Positions 50,165-58,584 of a DNA stretch of 64,000 nucleotides are shown piece after piece (within the stretch, counting starts at the first letter, position 1; every line of letters starts with the position of its first letter). The position numbers were made by a program, and so were the translations under genes. Under the pieces are notes generated by a model that worked only from the letters and a program-made list of their open reading frames with translations, was not told the origin of the DNA and made no database searches. Source of the DNA: an uncultured SAR86 cluster bacterium (lineage in GTDB: Bacteria; Pseudomonadota; Gammaproteobacteria; Magnimaribacterales; D2472); contig CACJKN010000001.1 of NCBI GenBank assembly GCA_902594005.1, positions 17,700 to 81,699 of the forward strand, in the 5' to 3' direction.

Positions 50165-51454
50165 ATGCTAGAAAAAATATTCAAACTTGAATCAAATAAC
50201 ACCTCAATCGGTAAAGAGATCTTAGCTGGAGTTACCACATTTGTAACAATGGCATACATCATCTTTGTAAATCCGCAGATGATGGCTGTTAGTGGTATGG
50301 ATTTAGGTGCTAGTTTTGTAGGGACATGTCTTGCAGCATCTCTAGCCTGCATAATTATGGGTGTATATTCTAATTGGCCGGTAAGCTTGGCGCCCGGCAT
50401 GGGTCTAAATGCTTTTTTTACTTATACCGTTGTAGGTGAAATGGGATATTCTTGGGAAGTCGCTCTTGGTGCTGTTTTCTTGGCAGGGGTTTTGTTTTTT
50501 ATAATGAGTATTACCAGATTAAGAAGATGGATGCTTGATAGTATTCCTCTAAATCTTCGCATTGCTATGGGTGCTGGTGTAGGGCTATTTATTGGCTTTA
50601 TTGGTTTGAAAAACGGTGGATTGATTGTTTCTAATAATGCCACCTTCCTTAGTCTAGGAGACTTCACCAATATAGAAACATTATTGGCTGCCTTGGGTTT
50701 TCTTACAATTTGTTCTTTATCGGTCAGAAATATCCCAGGAGCTATTCTGATTGGTGTAATCCTGGTTACAGTATGCTCTATATTCCTTGATTTAATTGAG
50801 TTTGGTGGCTTAGTCTCTATGCCTCCCAGTGTTGCTCCAACTCTGATGAAAATGGATATCTTGGGTGCTTTAGATATTGCGATGCTTAGTGTGGTTATGT
50901 CTTTCCTTTTTGTTAATTTATTTGATACTGCGGGGACGCTGCTAGGTGTTGCTACAAGAGCAAAAATAACCGATGAATATGGTAATGCAAAGAACTTTGA
51001 TAAAGCTCTAAAAGCTGATAGCAGTTCTAGTATCTTTGGAACCTTTTTTGGGTGCTCTCCAGTAACAAGCTATGTTGAGAGTTCTGCTGGAGTTGAGGCT
51101 GGAGGTAGAACAGGATTAACAACTGTTGTTGTTGGGCTTTTATTTTTAGTTGCTATTTTCTTTTCACCATTAGCTGCAATTGTTCCAGCATATGCAACCG
51201 CTGGAGCCTTAATTTATGTTTCTATCCTAATGATGAGCGGTATGGAAAAACTTAATTGGTCTGATTCAACAGAGCTTTTACCAGCTCTGGTAATTATCGT
51301 AATGATTCCTCTCACCTTTTCAATTGCAAATGGGATTGCCCTCGGATTCTTGGCATATGTTGTGCTAAAGGTCTCTAATGGTGAAGTTAAAAATATTTCC
51401 TCTGGAGCTTGGTTCTTAACTGCTGTTTTTGTTTCAAAGTTTCTTTTTTTATAA
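50165..51454 (+). CDS. NCS2 / AzgA-type purine (adenine/guanine/hypoxanthine) permease
   Basis: EILAGVTTFVTMAYIIFVNP, LAPGMGLNAFF, FDTAGTL, TSYVESSAGVEAGGRTGLT, PLTFSIANGI. Confidence 0.92.
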   Translation: MLEKIFKLESNNTSIGKEILAGVTTFVTMAYIIFVNPQMMAVSGMDLGASFVGTCLAASLACIIMGVYSNWPVSLAPGMGLNAFFTYTVVGEMGYSWEVALGAVFLAGVLFFIMSITRLRRWMLDSIPLNLRIAMGAGVGLFIGFIGLKNGGLIVSNNATFLSLGDFTNIETLLAALGFLTICSLSVRNIPGAILIGVILVTVCSIFLDLIEFGGLVSMPPSVAPTLMKMDILGALDIAMLSVVMSFLFVNLFDTAGTLLGVATRAKITDEYGNAKNFDKALKADSSSSIFGTFFGCSPVTSYVESSAGVEAGGRTGLTTVVVGLLFLVAIFFSPLAAIVPAYATAGALIYVSILMMSGMEKLNWSDSTELLPALVIIVMIPLTFSIANGIALGFLAYVVLKVSNGEVKNISSGAWFLTAVFVSKFLFL

Positions 51455-51456
51455 AA

Positions 51457-52983
51457 ATGTCCCAAAACTTTTTCAGGATTTTTATTGTCCTTTTTGCTAT
51501 TGGTATTCAAGGATCAACAGATCATCAACCAACAATATTTATCAAAGATACTAAACTCATAGGGAGCTTGCATCAGAACAATGAGGTAGAGATGTTTCTT
51601 GGGTTACCTTTTGCTGTTCCGCCAATAGGTGACTTGAGATGGGAAAAGCCTATTCCTTGGATTCCAGAATTAAATAAAAAGATTGTCGCTAATGAATTTA
51701 AACCTGCATGTATTCAAAACCAAAGAATTGTTAATTGGTATAAAAGGTTAATTCTTGACTTCGGCGGCGACCCGAAAACCTTTGATGTTCCAGCGTTTAG
51801 TGAAGACTGCTTGTATTTGAATTTATGGAAACCAAAGGACGAAAAAAATGATTTACCTGTAATTGTGTATATACATGGTGGGAGTAACAAAGCTGGATGG
51901 TCATATGAGCCTAATTATCTTGGTCATAATATTGCTAACAAAGGCTATATATTAATAAGTATTCCGTATCGTCTGGGTGTGTTTGGTTTTTTTTCTCATC
52001 CAGATATTAAAAATCCTAATATAGCTTTATATGATCAGATTATGGCTCTTGAATGGATACAGGAATATATTTCTTTCTTTGGTGGAGATCCATCAAATAT
52101 TACTTTAGTTGGTGAGTCAGCTGGCGCCGGAGGTATAAGTCATTTAATAGCTTCGCCATTGAGCAAAGATTTATTTCATAAAGCAATCCATCAAAGTGGT
52201 GGCTCTTCTTTTACTTATCCAACTTCAAGCTCAAATGTTAAAAAGCTAGCAAATAACTTTGCAAATTCTTTTAAAGATCCATCAATTAAGCATTTAAAAA
52301 GTATTAGCGCAGAGGAAATACTTGCTGTTTCTGAAGAAGTTTATGCTGAGCACTACTTTAATTATGTTGACGATAATTTATCTATAACCGAAAACTTATC
52401 TGATATCTATAAAAGTGAGAATGTTCAAAATGTAGATCTTGTAATTGGGTCTAATAATGATGAATGGTCCTTATATTTTGATGGTAATGTAAATATTGGT
52501 TTATGGCTTGATCAAGAAACAACTCCTGAGAAAAAAATAAAACTTTTAGAACTTCTTGATGATATTAAAGATCCTATTAGAAAAATGGATTTATTGATTA
52601 CAGCTAAAAACTTTGTCTGTCCTTCCTTGTTTATGGCTGATGAGTTAGGGAAAAAAGGAGGTAAAGCCTGGGTATATCAATTTAACAGAGTTAGAGATGA
52701 TAAGTTGGCAAAAAAATATGGGGCTTTTCATGGCGCAGAGCTTCCTTATGTTTTTGATACTCATGATGAGTGGCTGCCAACAAATGAAAAAGACAGAGAG
52801 CTTACCAGAGAGATTCAATCTTATTGGTTATCTTTTGCTAAGACTGGAAATCCCAATAATGGCGATGCTGTAATATGGCCAGAATATGATTCGTACAATG
52901 ATTCAACTCTTGTTTTAGATGATGAGATATATCAAAGAAAACATGAGAGTTCTGAGATTTGTAAAATAATGGATTTATTTTAG
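51457..52983 (+). CDS. Type-B carboxylesterase
   Basis: FLGLPFA, SEDCLYLNLW, HGG, FGGDPSNITLVGESAG, GAFHGAE. Confidence 0.92.
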   Translation: MSQNFFRIFIVLFAIGIQGSTDHQPTIFIKDTKLIGSLHQNNEVEMFLGLPFAVPPIGDLRWEKPIPWIPELNKKIVANEFKPACIQNQRIVNWYKRLILDFGGDPKTFDVPAFSEDCLYLNLWKPKDEKNDLPVIVYIHGGSNKAGWSYEPNYLGHNIANKGYILISIPYRLGVFGFFSHPDIKNPNIALYDQIMALEWIQEYISFFGGDPSNITLVGESAGAGGISHLIASPLSKDLFHKAIHQSGGSSFTYPTSSSNVKKLANNFANSFKDPSIKHLKSISAEEILAVSEEVYAEHYFNYVDDNLSITENLSDIYKSENVQNVDLVIGSNNDEWSLYFDGNVNIGLWLDQETTPEKKIKLLELLDDIKDPIRKMDLLITAKNFVCPSLFMADELGKKGGKAWVYQFNRVRDDKLAKKYGAFHGAELPYVFDTHDEWLPTNEKDRELTREIQSYWLSFAKTGNPNNGDAVIWPEYDSYNDSTLVLDDEIYQRKHESSEICKIMDLF

Positions 52984-53570
52984 AAGTTGGCTGGGTTTTT
53001 TGGTGTAAAGGTATTGTAGTATTCTCTAATACTTAAGATATCCTGCTTATCGTCGCCAGTTGGCATAAACTCTTTACCAAAAACTAACTCCTTCTTAAGG
53101 AAGTCTAGTGAAACCAGAACAACTCCTGAATTAAGCTCTCTAGCAATTCTTAAGAATCCTGTTTTCCACTCACCAACTTTCGATCTTGTGCCTTCCGGCG
53201 CAAGACCAATGAGCCCATTCTTTTTATCTTCTACTTGCCTCAGTAAGTCTTTTATAAGTCCACCTGGTTTTGATCTATCAACAGGAATGCCTCCCATGTA
53301 TTTCATGAATTTTCCTAATATGCCGGTAAAGACTGTATGTTTGCCTATGAAATATACTTTTAAGTCAACCGCTGCAATAGCTGCCAGGCCTACTACTGCA
53401 TCCCAGTTTGATGTGTGAGGTGCAACAATAGCTACAAACTTCTTGTTTTCATAAAGATCTGATATTTGTCCTTTTATTTTCCATCCTGAAAGTTTCATTA
53501 ATACTTTTCCAAGCCACTGAAATGGTTTGGGTCTGTTAGCCTTATAACTATTTGGAAATTTAAAATTCAT
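52980..53570 (-). CDS. 1-acyl-sn-glycerol-3-phosphate acyltransferase-like (PlsC family)
   Basis: APHTSNWD (HX4D), GGIPVDR, APEGTR. Confidence 0.88.
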   Translation of the reverse strand: MNFKFPNSYKANRPKPFQWLGKVLMKLSGWKIKGQISDLYENKKFVAIVAPHTSNWDAVVGLAAIAAVDLKVYFIGKHTVFTGILGKFMKYMGGIPVDRSKPGGLIKDLLRQVEDKKNGLIGLAPEGTRSKVGEWKTGFLRIARELNSGVVLVSLDFLKKELVFGKEFMPTGDDKQDILSIREYYNTFTPKNPANF

Positions 53571-53573
53571 GGG

Positions 53574-53861
53574 TCACATTATAATGCTATTTGAAGAGAT
53601 TCCCTCTTTTTTTAAGAGTTTGCGCTTTGTGGAAGGCCCACCTTTGCCACTATATCCTCCTAGATACCCATCAGATCTAATCACCCTATGACACGGTATT
53701 TCAATTGGTCTTGGGTTTTTTCCACATGCGTTTGCAACCGCGCGAGCAGAGTTTGGTTTTCCAATAGCAATTGCAATTTCTTTATAAGTCCTAACTTCAC
53801 CTTTTGGGATCTTTTTTAACTCATTCCAAACCATAATCTGAAAACTTGTTCCTTTTAGCAT
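53574..53861 (-). CDS. Minimal O6-methylguanine-DNA methyltransferase (C-terminal domain only)
   Basis: IPKGEVRTY, ARAVANAC, active site IPCHRV, GGY. Confidence 0.88.
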   Translation of the reverse strand: MLKGTSFQIMVWNELKKIPKGEVRTYKEIAIAIGKPNSARAVANACGKNPRPIEIPCHRVIRSDGYLGGYSGKGGPSTKRKLLKKEGISSNSIIM

Positions 53862-54701
53862 TTATTTCAGGTGCTCAATTAATAGTGTTGGTACATTACA
53901 AGTATGAGATTTAATAGTAGCTACCAAAGTCCCTTTCTTAAGCCCATCTTTTATTGGTGTTACTTCAACGTTATTGCTAACCAATCTTTTGCAGGCATCC
54001 TCAATTGAATCTACTTCCCAAGCGAGCCCCCAGAGCTCATCAGCTGATTCTTTTTTATCTTTATCTTCAATAACCTCGATTGTTGTAGCATTTGTTCTAA
54101 AAAATAGCATTCTTCTCTTCCAATGCTCTATAGTTTTATCTAATGCTAATCTTATTTTATAAACATCTCTATAAATGCTTATAAAGCTATCTGCATCCTG
54201 TGTATTTATTACTACATGGTCAAGTTTTTTTACTTTTGAGGGATCTTGATTTTCATACTTTGAGAGACCTCCCTCAGTATGTTCAATGATAAAGATAAAT
54301 AACTCTCTGCTGAGAGCACTTGGCAAAAAAATATTTTTCCATCTTCTTATCTTTCCATCTTTCTCGTTGACTGTCTCACCCGAACTTATCTCAACTGCAT
54401 GCCCATTCTTATTTAATGCTTCTTTAGTGTGTTCTATATTTTTTGTTCCAAGGACGATCCCTGCTAAATGATCACCATTCTCTGCAAGTAAAGTATTAAC
54501 AAGCTCTGTTCCGGGCCCTACATCACATGGCGAAAGTAGCTCCAAGTATGTATTCTCAAAATTAAATAGAGCATTTCTTGTTCCTAGCTCATTGTGCTTA
54601 CCTTTCCAGCAGGGGGTAATGCCAAGAATTTTTTCATAGTCACTTATAGCCTGATCTAGATCTTTCACTGCGATTATTAAGTGGTCTACCGAAGAAATCA
54701 T
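53862..54701 (-). CDS. Two-domain VOC/glyoxalase family protein
   Basis: DHLIIAV...GTRNA...YLEL and a second LDHVVI...IEVI module. Confidence 0.8.
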   Translation of the reverse strand: MISSVDHLIIAVKDLDQAISDYEKILGITPCWKGKHNELGTRNALFNFENTYLELLSPCDVGPGTELVNTLLAENGDHLAGIVLGTKNIEHTKEALNKNGHAVEISSGETVNEKDGKIRRWKNIFLPSALSRELFIFIIEHTEGGLSKYENQDPSKVKKLDHVVINTQDADSFISIYRDVYKIRLALDKTIEHWKRRMLFFRTNATTIEVIEDKDKKESADELWGLAWEVDSIEDACKRLVSNNVEVTPIKDGLKKGTLVATIKSHTCNVPTLLIEHLK

Positions 54702-54708
54702 TTTTATA

Positions 54709-55242
54709 TTAATCCTCCAAGTTACTTATTTTTTTAATGAATAGCTTTGCACCAAGCGAAACATTATCGACCCAATCATCCTTTGCTTCATTGTCAGCAT
54801 TATCAGAAATAAACTTAAAACATCTAAAATCAATATTTTTTAATTTGCATACTTTTGCGATGGCAAAGGCTTCCATATCAACGATATCTGTTTTTAGAGT
54901 TGGTGTGCTGGTGACGAACTTATCGCCAGTGCCGCATGTCACTCCCTCTCTTCCAAAGGTTATCTCGATATCTTCTTCAAATGGAGTTTGTCCCACCTCA
55001 AAACCAAGCGGTGAAGCATCCATATCTCTTTGAAAGAAGCTTGAAACCTCAACAAGTCCTGTTATTTTTTCATAAAGGGATCCGGCTGTTCCAAAATTTA
55101 TTATTTGTTTTGGTGAGTGTTTTTCTATTGCATTTAAAGTATTGAAGACGGCATTCACTTTACCAACGCCGATGTATTCTATTTTATGATCAGGGAGGTC
55201 AGATCTTTTAAGCTCATCTTCAATTGCAACCAAAATAAGCAT
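54709..55242 (-). CDS. Short MTA/SAH nucleosidase / purine nucleoside phosphorylase-family protein
   Basis: GVGKVNA, NFGTAG, QRDMDA, TGDKF, VDMEA, KFISDNA. Confidence 0.85.
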   Translation of the reverse strand: MLILVAIEDELKRSDLPDHKIEYIGVGKVNAVFNTLNAIEKHSPKQIINFGTAGSLYEKITGLVEVSSFFQRDMDASPLGFEVGQTPFEEDIEITFGREGVTCGTGDKFVTSTPTLKTDIVDMEAFAIAKVCKLKNIDFRCFKFISDNADNEAKDDWVDNVSLGAKLFIKKISNLED

Positions 55243-55295
55243 TCTTACTTCCAGCTTCCTTTTCTATTAACTTCTTCAAGACTAATCATCTTCTT

Positions 55296-55622
55296 TTAAT
55301 TAATTGATTTATTAATATTTACAATCGTAACACCGATTACAACAAGGAAAAGTCCAACAACAGATTGCCAGTTAAGAGCTTGCTTGTAAAAAATATAACT
55401 AAGCAAAGCTATCGTAAAGACTCCTATACCTGACCAGCTAGCATAAACAATTGATAGGGGCAGTTTCTGCGTAACTATAGCAAGGAAGTAAAATGATATG
55501 CCATAAGAAAAAAGTAAGATTGAGGTTGGAATTAATTTTGTGAAATTTTGCGATGCTGGAAGAAGCATCGTACCCAGCACCTCAAATATTATTGCTAAAA
55601 AAAGAACAATATAGGGGTTCAT
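55296..55622 (-). CDS. SMR (small multidrug resistance/DMT) transporter
   Basis: AIIFEVLGT (membrane Glu), PLSIVYASWSGIG; four TM helices. Confidence 0.9.
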   Translation of the reverse strand: MNPYIVLFLAIIFEVLGTMLLPASQNFTKLIPTSILLFSYGISFYFLAIVTQKLPLSIVYASWSGIGVFTIALLSYIFYKQALNWQSVVGLFLVVIGVTIVNINKSIN

Positions 55623-55640
55623 TAAAATTAAAGGTCTTTG

Positions 55641-56039
55641 CTAAACAACATCGTGGCAATCACAATCAAGCTCTTTACATAGCTGAAAGTTTTTTGTGTG
55701 CGCATAAACTACAAGAATAGATCCCATCAATGTAAAAATAATTACAGATGTTTCTGTTAAAAAGCTTTCCGATAATGCTGTAGCTGTGAGAACACCTAAA
55801 CCTGCCAGACCAACTAAAAATACAGCATAATCATTATGGTTTGAAACACCAGTAATTAGCGCATAAACACTTATTGGGATAGCTAGAAATAAAATAGCCC
55901 AATGAATTAGCTCATTATCTATGGAGAGTGCCAACGCTCCTGAGGTAACAATTAAAAAAGAGGGTACCAACAAACAATGCAATGCACATGCTATTGATAA
56001 TCCAGCAGCGAACTTATCAGTAATTGGATGAGTTTTCAT
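55641..56039 (-). CDS. MerC-domain membrane protein
   Basis: DK...SIACALHCLLVP, E.IH, YAH..N; Cys/His tail CKELDCDCHD. Confidence 0.78.
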   Translation of the reverse strand: MKTHPITDKFAAGLSIACALHCLLVPSFLIVTSGALALSIDNELIHWAILFLAIPISVYALITGVSNHNDYAVFLVGLAGLGVLTATALSESFLTETSVIIFTLMGSILVVYAHTKNFQLCKELDCDCHDVV

Positions 56040-56139
56040 AGTTAAGATAATTATACAATACTTGTCAATTATTCATTGTAACCTTTACTTCTCATTATAA
56101 AGATGATAAGTTTGCGTTACATTTTTTTAGGAGAGATTT

Positions 56140-56535
56140 ATGGGTCAAGGATTAATAGTGCCAGTATTAGGAATTATGACGGGAATTATAGTTCCTGTAG
56201 CAGTTTTTGTTTGGTTATATTTTGAAAGCAAAGATAAGAACAAAACAATATTAGAGATATCAAGAAATATAGATGATCCCTCAAAAGTAGAGGATTTAAT
56301 AGGGTTGCTTGATGAAAGAAAAAAAGAGCCAATTGATTATAGAAGAACAGGGGTAGTAACTTTATTTGTTGGAATTGGTTTATTTCTATTTGGAGTTTTC
56401 TTTCTAGGCTCACTTTTAAAGGGAGTTGGTGCATTAGTGGCTGCAATTGGTGTTGGTCAAATTATTGCCGGCTACTTATATCCAAATACTTCTGGAGAAA
56501 TTAATAAAGCCGTAGAGGATTTTGAGACGAATTAG
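56140..56535 (+). CDS. Hypothetical membrane protein (DUF6249-like)
   Basis: TM helix, soluble loop, then two TM helices (RRTGVVTLFVGIG); AGGAGA SD. Confidence 0.6.
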   Translation: MGQGLIVPVLGIMTGIIVPVAVFVWLYFESKDKNKTILEISRNIDDPSKVEDLIGLLDERKKEPIDYRRTGVVTLFVGIGLFLFGVFFLGSLLKGVGALVAAIGVGQIIAGYLYPNTSGEINKAVEDFETN

Positions 56536-56751
56536 GTGGGAAAGGATCACGCAAAACTTCTTAATCGCCTGCAAGAATTAAGGAAGCAAGCTGGATTAAC
56601 TCAAGAAGAATTGTCTAATAGCGCAGAAGTTTCCAGAAAAAGTATAAATGCAATTGAGAATGGTGTTTATGTGCCCTCCACTGTACTTGCCTTAAAAATT
56701 GCTAGAACACTTAAATGCAAAGTAGAAGATCTTTTTAGGCTTCCTAATTGA
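56536..56751 (+). CDS. XRE-family helix-turn-helix transcriptional regulator
   Basis: NRLQELR, LTQEEL, VSRKSINAIENG.YVPSTVLALKIA, VEDLF. Confidence 0.92.
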   Translation: MGKDHAKLLNRLQELRKQAGLTQEELSNSAEVSRKSINAIENGVYVPSTVLALKIARTLKCKVEDLFRLPN

Positions 56752-56760
56752 AGGATAGCT

Positions 56761-56791
56761 TTGACTTAGAGTAATATCTAAGTTTTATAAT
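56761..56791 (+). promoter_or_regulatory. Sigma70 promoter with 19-bp spacer and internal dyad (MerR-family operator architecture)
   Basis: TTGACT(56761-66)-N19-TATAAT(56786-91); perfect inverted repeat ACTTAGA-N6-TCTAAGT (56764-56783). Confidence 0.55.
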
Positions 56792-56811
56792 ATTTTAAGT
56801 TTGGAGAATTT

Positions 56812-56967
56812 ATGAATAAAAAATCTAAATCTTCTTGGAATACTGGAACACTAATTGCAGTTGGTGTAGCTATAGGGGCAGGACTGTTTGCTGCAACAAG
56901 TGAACCACTATGGATAGCTGTTGGCATCGGAATAGGTGCGGCTCTGAGTTTGAGGAATAGAAGGTAA
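56812..56967 (+). CDS. Small 2-TM glycine-rich membrane protein (51 aa)
   Basis: GGAGA SD; MNKKSKSSWNTGTLIAVGVAIGAGLFAATSEPLWIAVGIGIGAALSLRNRR*; GxxxG helices flanked by positive charges. Confidence 0.75.
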   Translation: MNKKSKSSWNTGTLIAVGVAIGAGLFAATSEPLWIAVGIGIGAALSLRNRR

Positions 56968-56972
56968 TAAAA

Positions 56973-57068
56973 ATGCAAACGCATGTAAAAAGCTTTATTA
57001 GATCGATTGTTGTTAATGCAATTATGTGGGGCGTTATTTTTTATTTCTTTTTTGAGTTTATTTTTTGA
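56973..57068 (+). CDS. Small single-TM peptide (31 aa)
   Basis: MQTHVKSFIRSIVVNAIMWGVIFYFFFEFIF*; fills the gap between neighbours (5 nt and 3 nt spacing). Confidence 0.45.
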   Translation: MQTHVKSFIRSIVVNAIMWGVIFYFFFEFIF

Positions 57069-57071
57069 TCG

Positions 57072-57545
57072 TTGAATAGTTTTAGATTTAATTTTTTTTG
57101 CTCAATATTTGTTTTATCTTCATGTGTATCAAATACAGTAAATGTAAAACCAAATACTGAAGAGTATTCACAACTAGTTGGTACGCCAGTATATATAAAA
57201 AGATCATCCGATAAAGATATTAATACTTTTGAGGATGAGTTAGATGAATGTATAAAAACATCTAATACTAGAGTAAATAGGTCTTCAAAAGTTGGCATTG
57301 GTTTTGGGTCGTATTTGGCATTAGGAGGGCTTTATATGATTGCAACTGCAAGTGGAGTCTTTGCTCCTATTTATGTTGCGGCAGGTACTGTAGGGGGCGT
57401 CTTGGGAGGCTCAACAATTTTTGTTACAAGGGCGACTAAGGAATTTAGAGAGTATTCCAGTCTTGAGAGTTGCTTAGAAAAACAAGGACATGATGTTGTT
57501 TTTTATGATGATGGTAAAGCAAAAAAAGATAAAAGTGATCTTTAG
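57072..57545 (+). CDS. Hypothetical lipoprotein with glycine-zipper-like segment
   Basis: Lipobox LSSC; DLDEC-like ELDEC...CLEKQGH flanking a Gly-rich hydrophobic region. Confidence 0.6.
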   Translation: MNSFRFNFFCSIFVLSSCVSNTVNVKPNTEEYSQLVGTPVYIKRSSDKDINTFEDELDECIKTSNTRVNRSSKVGIGFGSYLALGGLYMIATASGVFAPIYVAAGTVGGVLGGSTIFVTRATKEFREYSSLESCLEKQGHDVVFYDDGKAKKDKSDL

Positions 57546-58579
57546 TTTGGTAATTGAGTGATCCACTCTCTTACCATCTCAACTGCTTCCTGATGGGTTA
57601 AAGCCCTGCCAGACTCTGGCATCATAATTCCAGGATCCATTGATTCCATTCTATAGAGCAAAATAGATTCATCAGGTTTGCCTGGGACTATAGAGTATTT
57701 GTTACCCCCGCTGCCCCTTCCTGTTGCTACAGGTTTTTTATAAATGCCTAAATTTATATCTCTTGTCTCTACTAAGCTTAGATAAAGCCCGGTTGAGTTT
57801 GCATTGCCTGTTGGTGAGTGGCAGTGGCCACAATTTACATCTAGATAAGACCTTGCTCTATCATTAATATCTTTAGTTTCATCTCTCCAATCAACTGGTG
57901 ATACTAAATCCTCCGGGAAACTATCAATTATTTCTTTTTTCATCCAATAGGCTAGCTGGTTAAAATCTCCTTCTTTAAAGCTAAAATCTTTATTTATGTT
58001 TTTTGCTTTTGGCCCTATTGGAGTAATTGCATCTTTAGCAGCATGGCATTCTTTACATTGATTAACGTTTGGGACTCTATATCGCACCTGCCTTTCGTCG
58101 CCCATAAAGTCTACCCAAGATGCATTAATAGTTTTTCCAGCTATTTTTTTATAGGCTTCATTTTGTTGCTCATTCCAAGCATAAGAAACCGCTTCCCAAC
58201 CATCTTTTTTTCTCAACAGGAGCCGCGTCTCTAAAAGCTGTTTCCCAAGATCTGGATTCCTTTCATCAACTGGGTAATAAAAAGTTTTTATTAGTGCAGA
58301 TCCTTCTGGAAAATTGAAAACCCAGTCTTTCACATATGATGCTTTGGTATTATTAGGAACATATACCCATCGTTGCTTATAAGAATAATCAGAAAATAAT
58401 GTTGAAATCAGTTCATATGGAATAACTTTTTCATGTGGTTCTTGAGCGGAATCATCAAGAAAAAACTCAAATTCTGATAATTTATCAGGAAAGGAGTCAG
58501 CTAAAATTAAATTATTATTAACTGAGAAAGTATTGGCGCTGAATATTAATAAAAATAAACAGCAAACTGCGTTTCTCAT
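57542..58579 (-). CDS. SO2930/HNE_0200-family diheme c-type cytochrome
   Basis: LFSDYSYKQR, KTFYY, ETRLL, heme motifs CKECH and CGHCH, ARSYLDVNC, MMPESGR. Confidence 0.85.
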   Translation of the reverse strand: MRNAVCCLFLLIFSANTFSVNNNLILADSFPDKLSEFEFFLDDSAQEPHEKVIPYELISTLFSDYSYKQRWVYVPNNTKASYVKDWVFNFPEGSALIKTFYYPVDERNPDLGKQLLETRLLLRKKDGWEAVSYAWNEQQNEAYKKIAGKTINASWVDFMGDERQVRYRVPNVNQCKECHAAKDAITPIGPKAKNINKDFSFKEGDFNQLAYWMKKEIIDSFPEDLVSPVDWRDETKDINDRARSYLDVNCGHCHSPTGNANSTGLYLSLVETRDINLGIYKKPVATGRGSGGNKYSIVPGKPDESILLYRMESMDPGIMMPESGRALTHQEAVEMVREWITQLPN

Positions 58580-58584
58580 TTTTA

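Noticed and set aside
176-55242. Prophage, suggested by phage-like thyA, mazG and nucleosidase
   Set aside because: The genes are dispersed and embedded in host operons; there are no structural, integrase or replication genes.
55245-55289. 14-codon ORF MISLEEVNRKGSWK between the SMR and nucleosidase genes
   Set aside because: No informative composition; it could be a gene remnant or chance.
56778-56984. Minus-strand 68-aa ORF in the track
   Set aside because: Antisense shadow of the plus-strand 51-aa membrane ORF, which has the SD and promoter.
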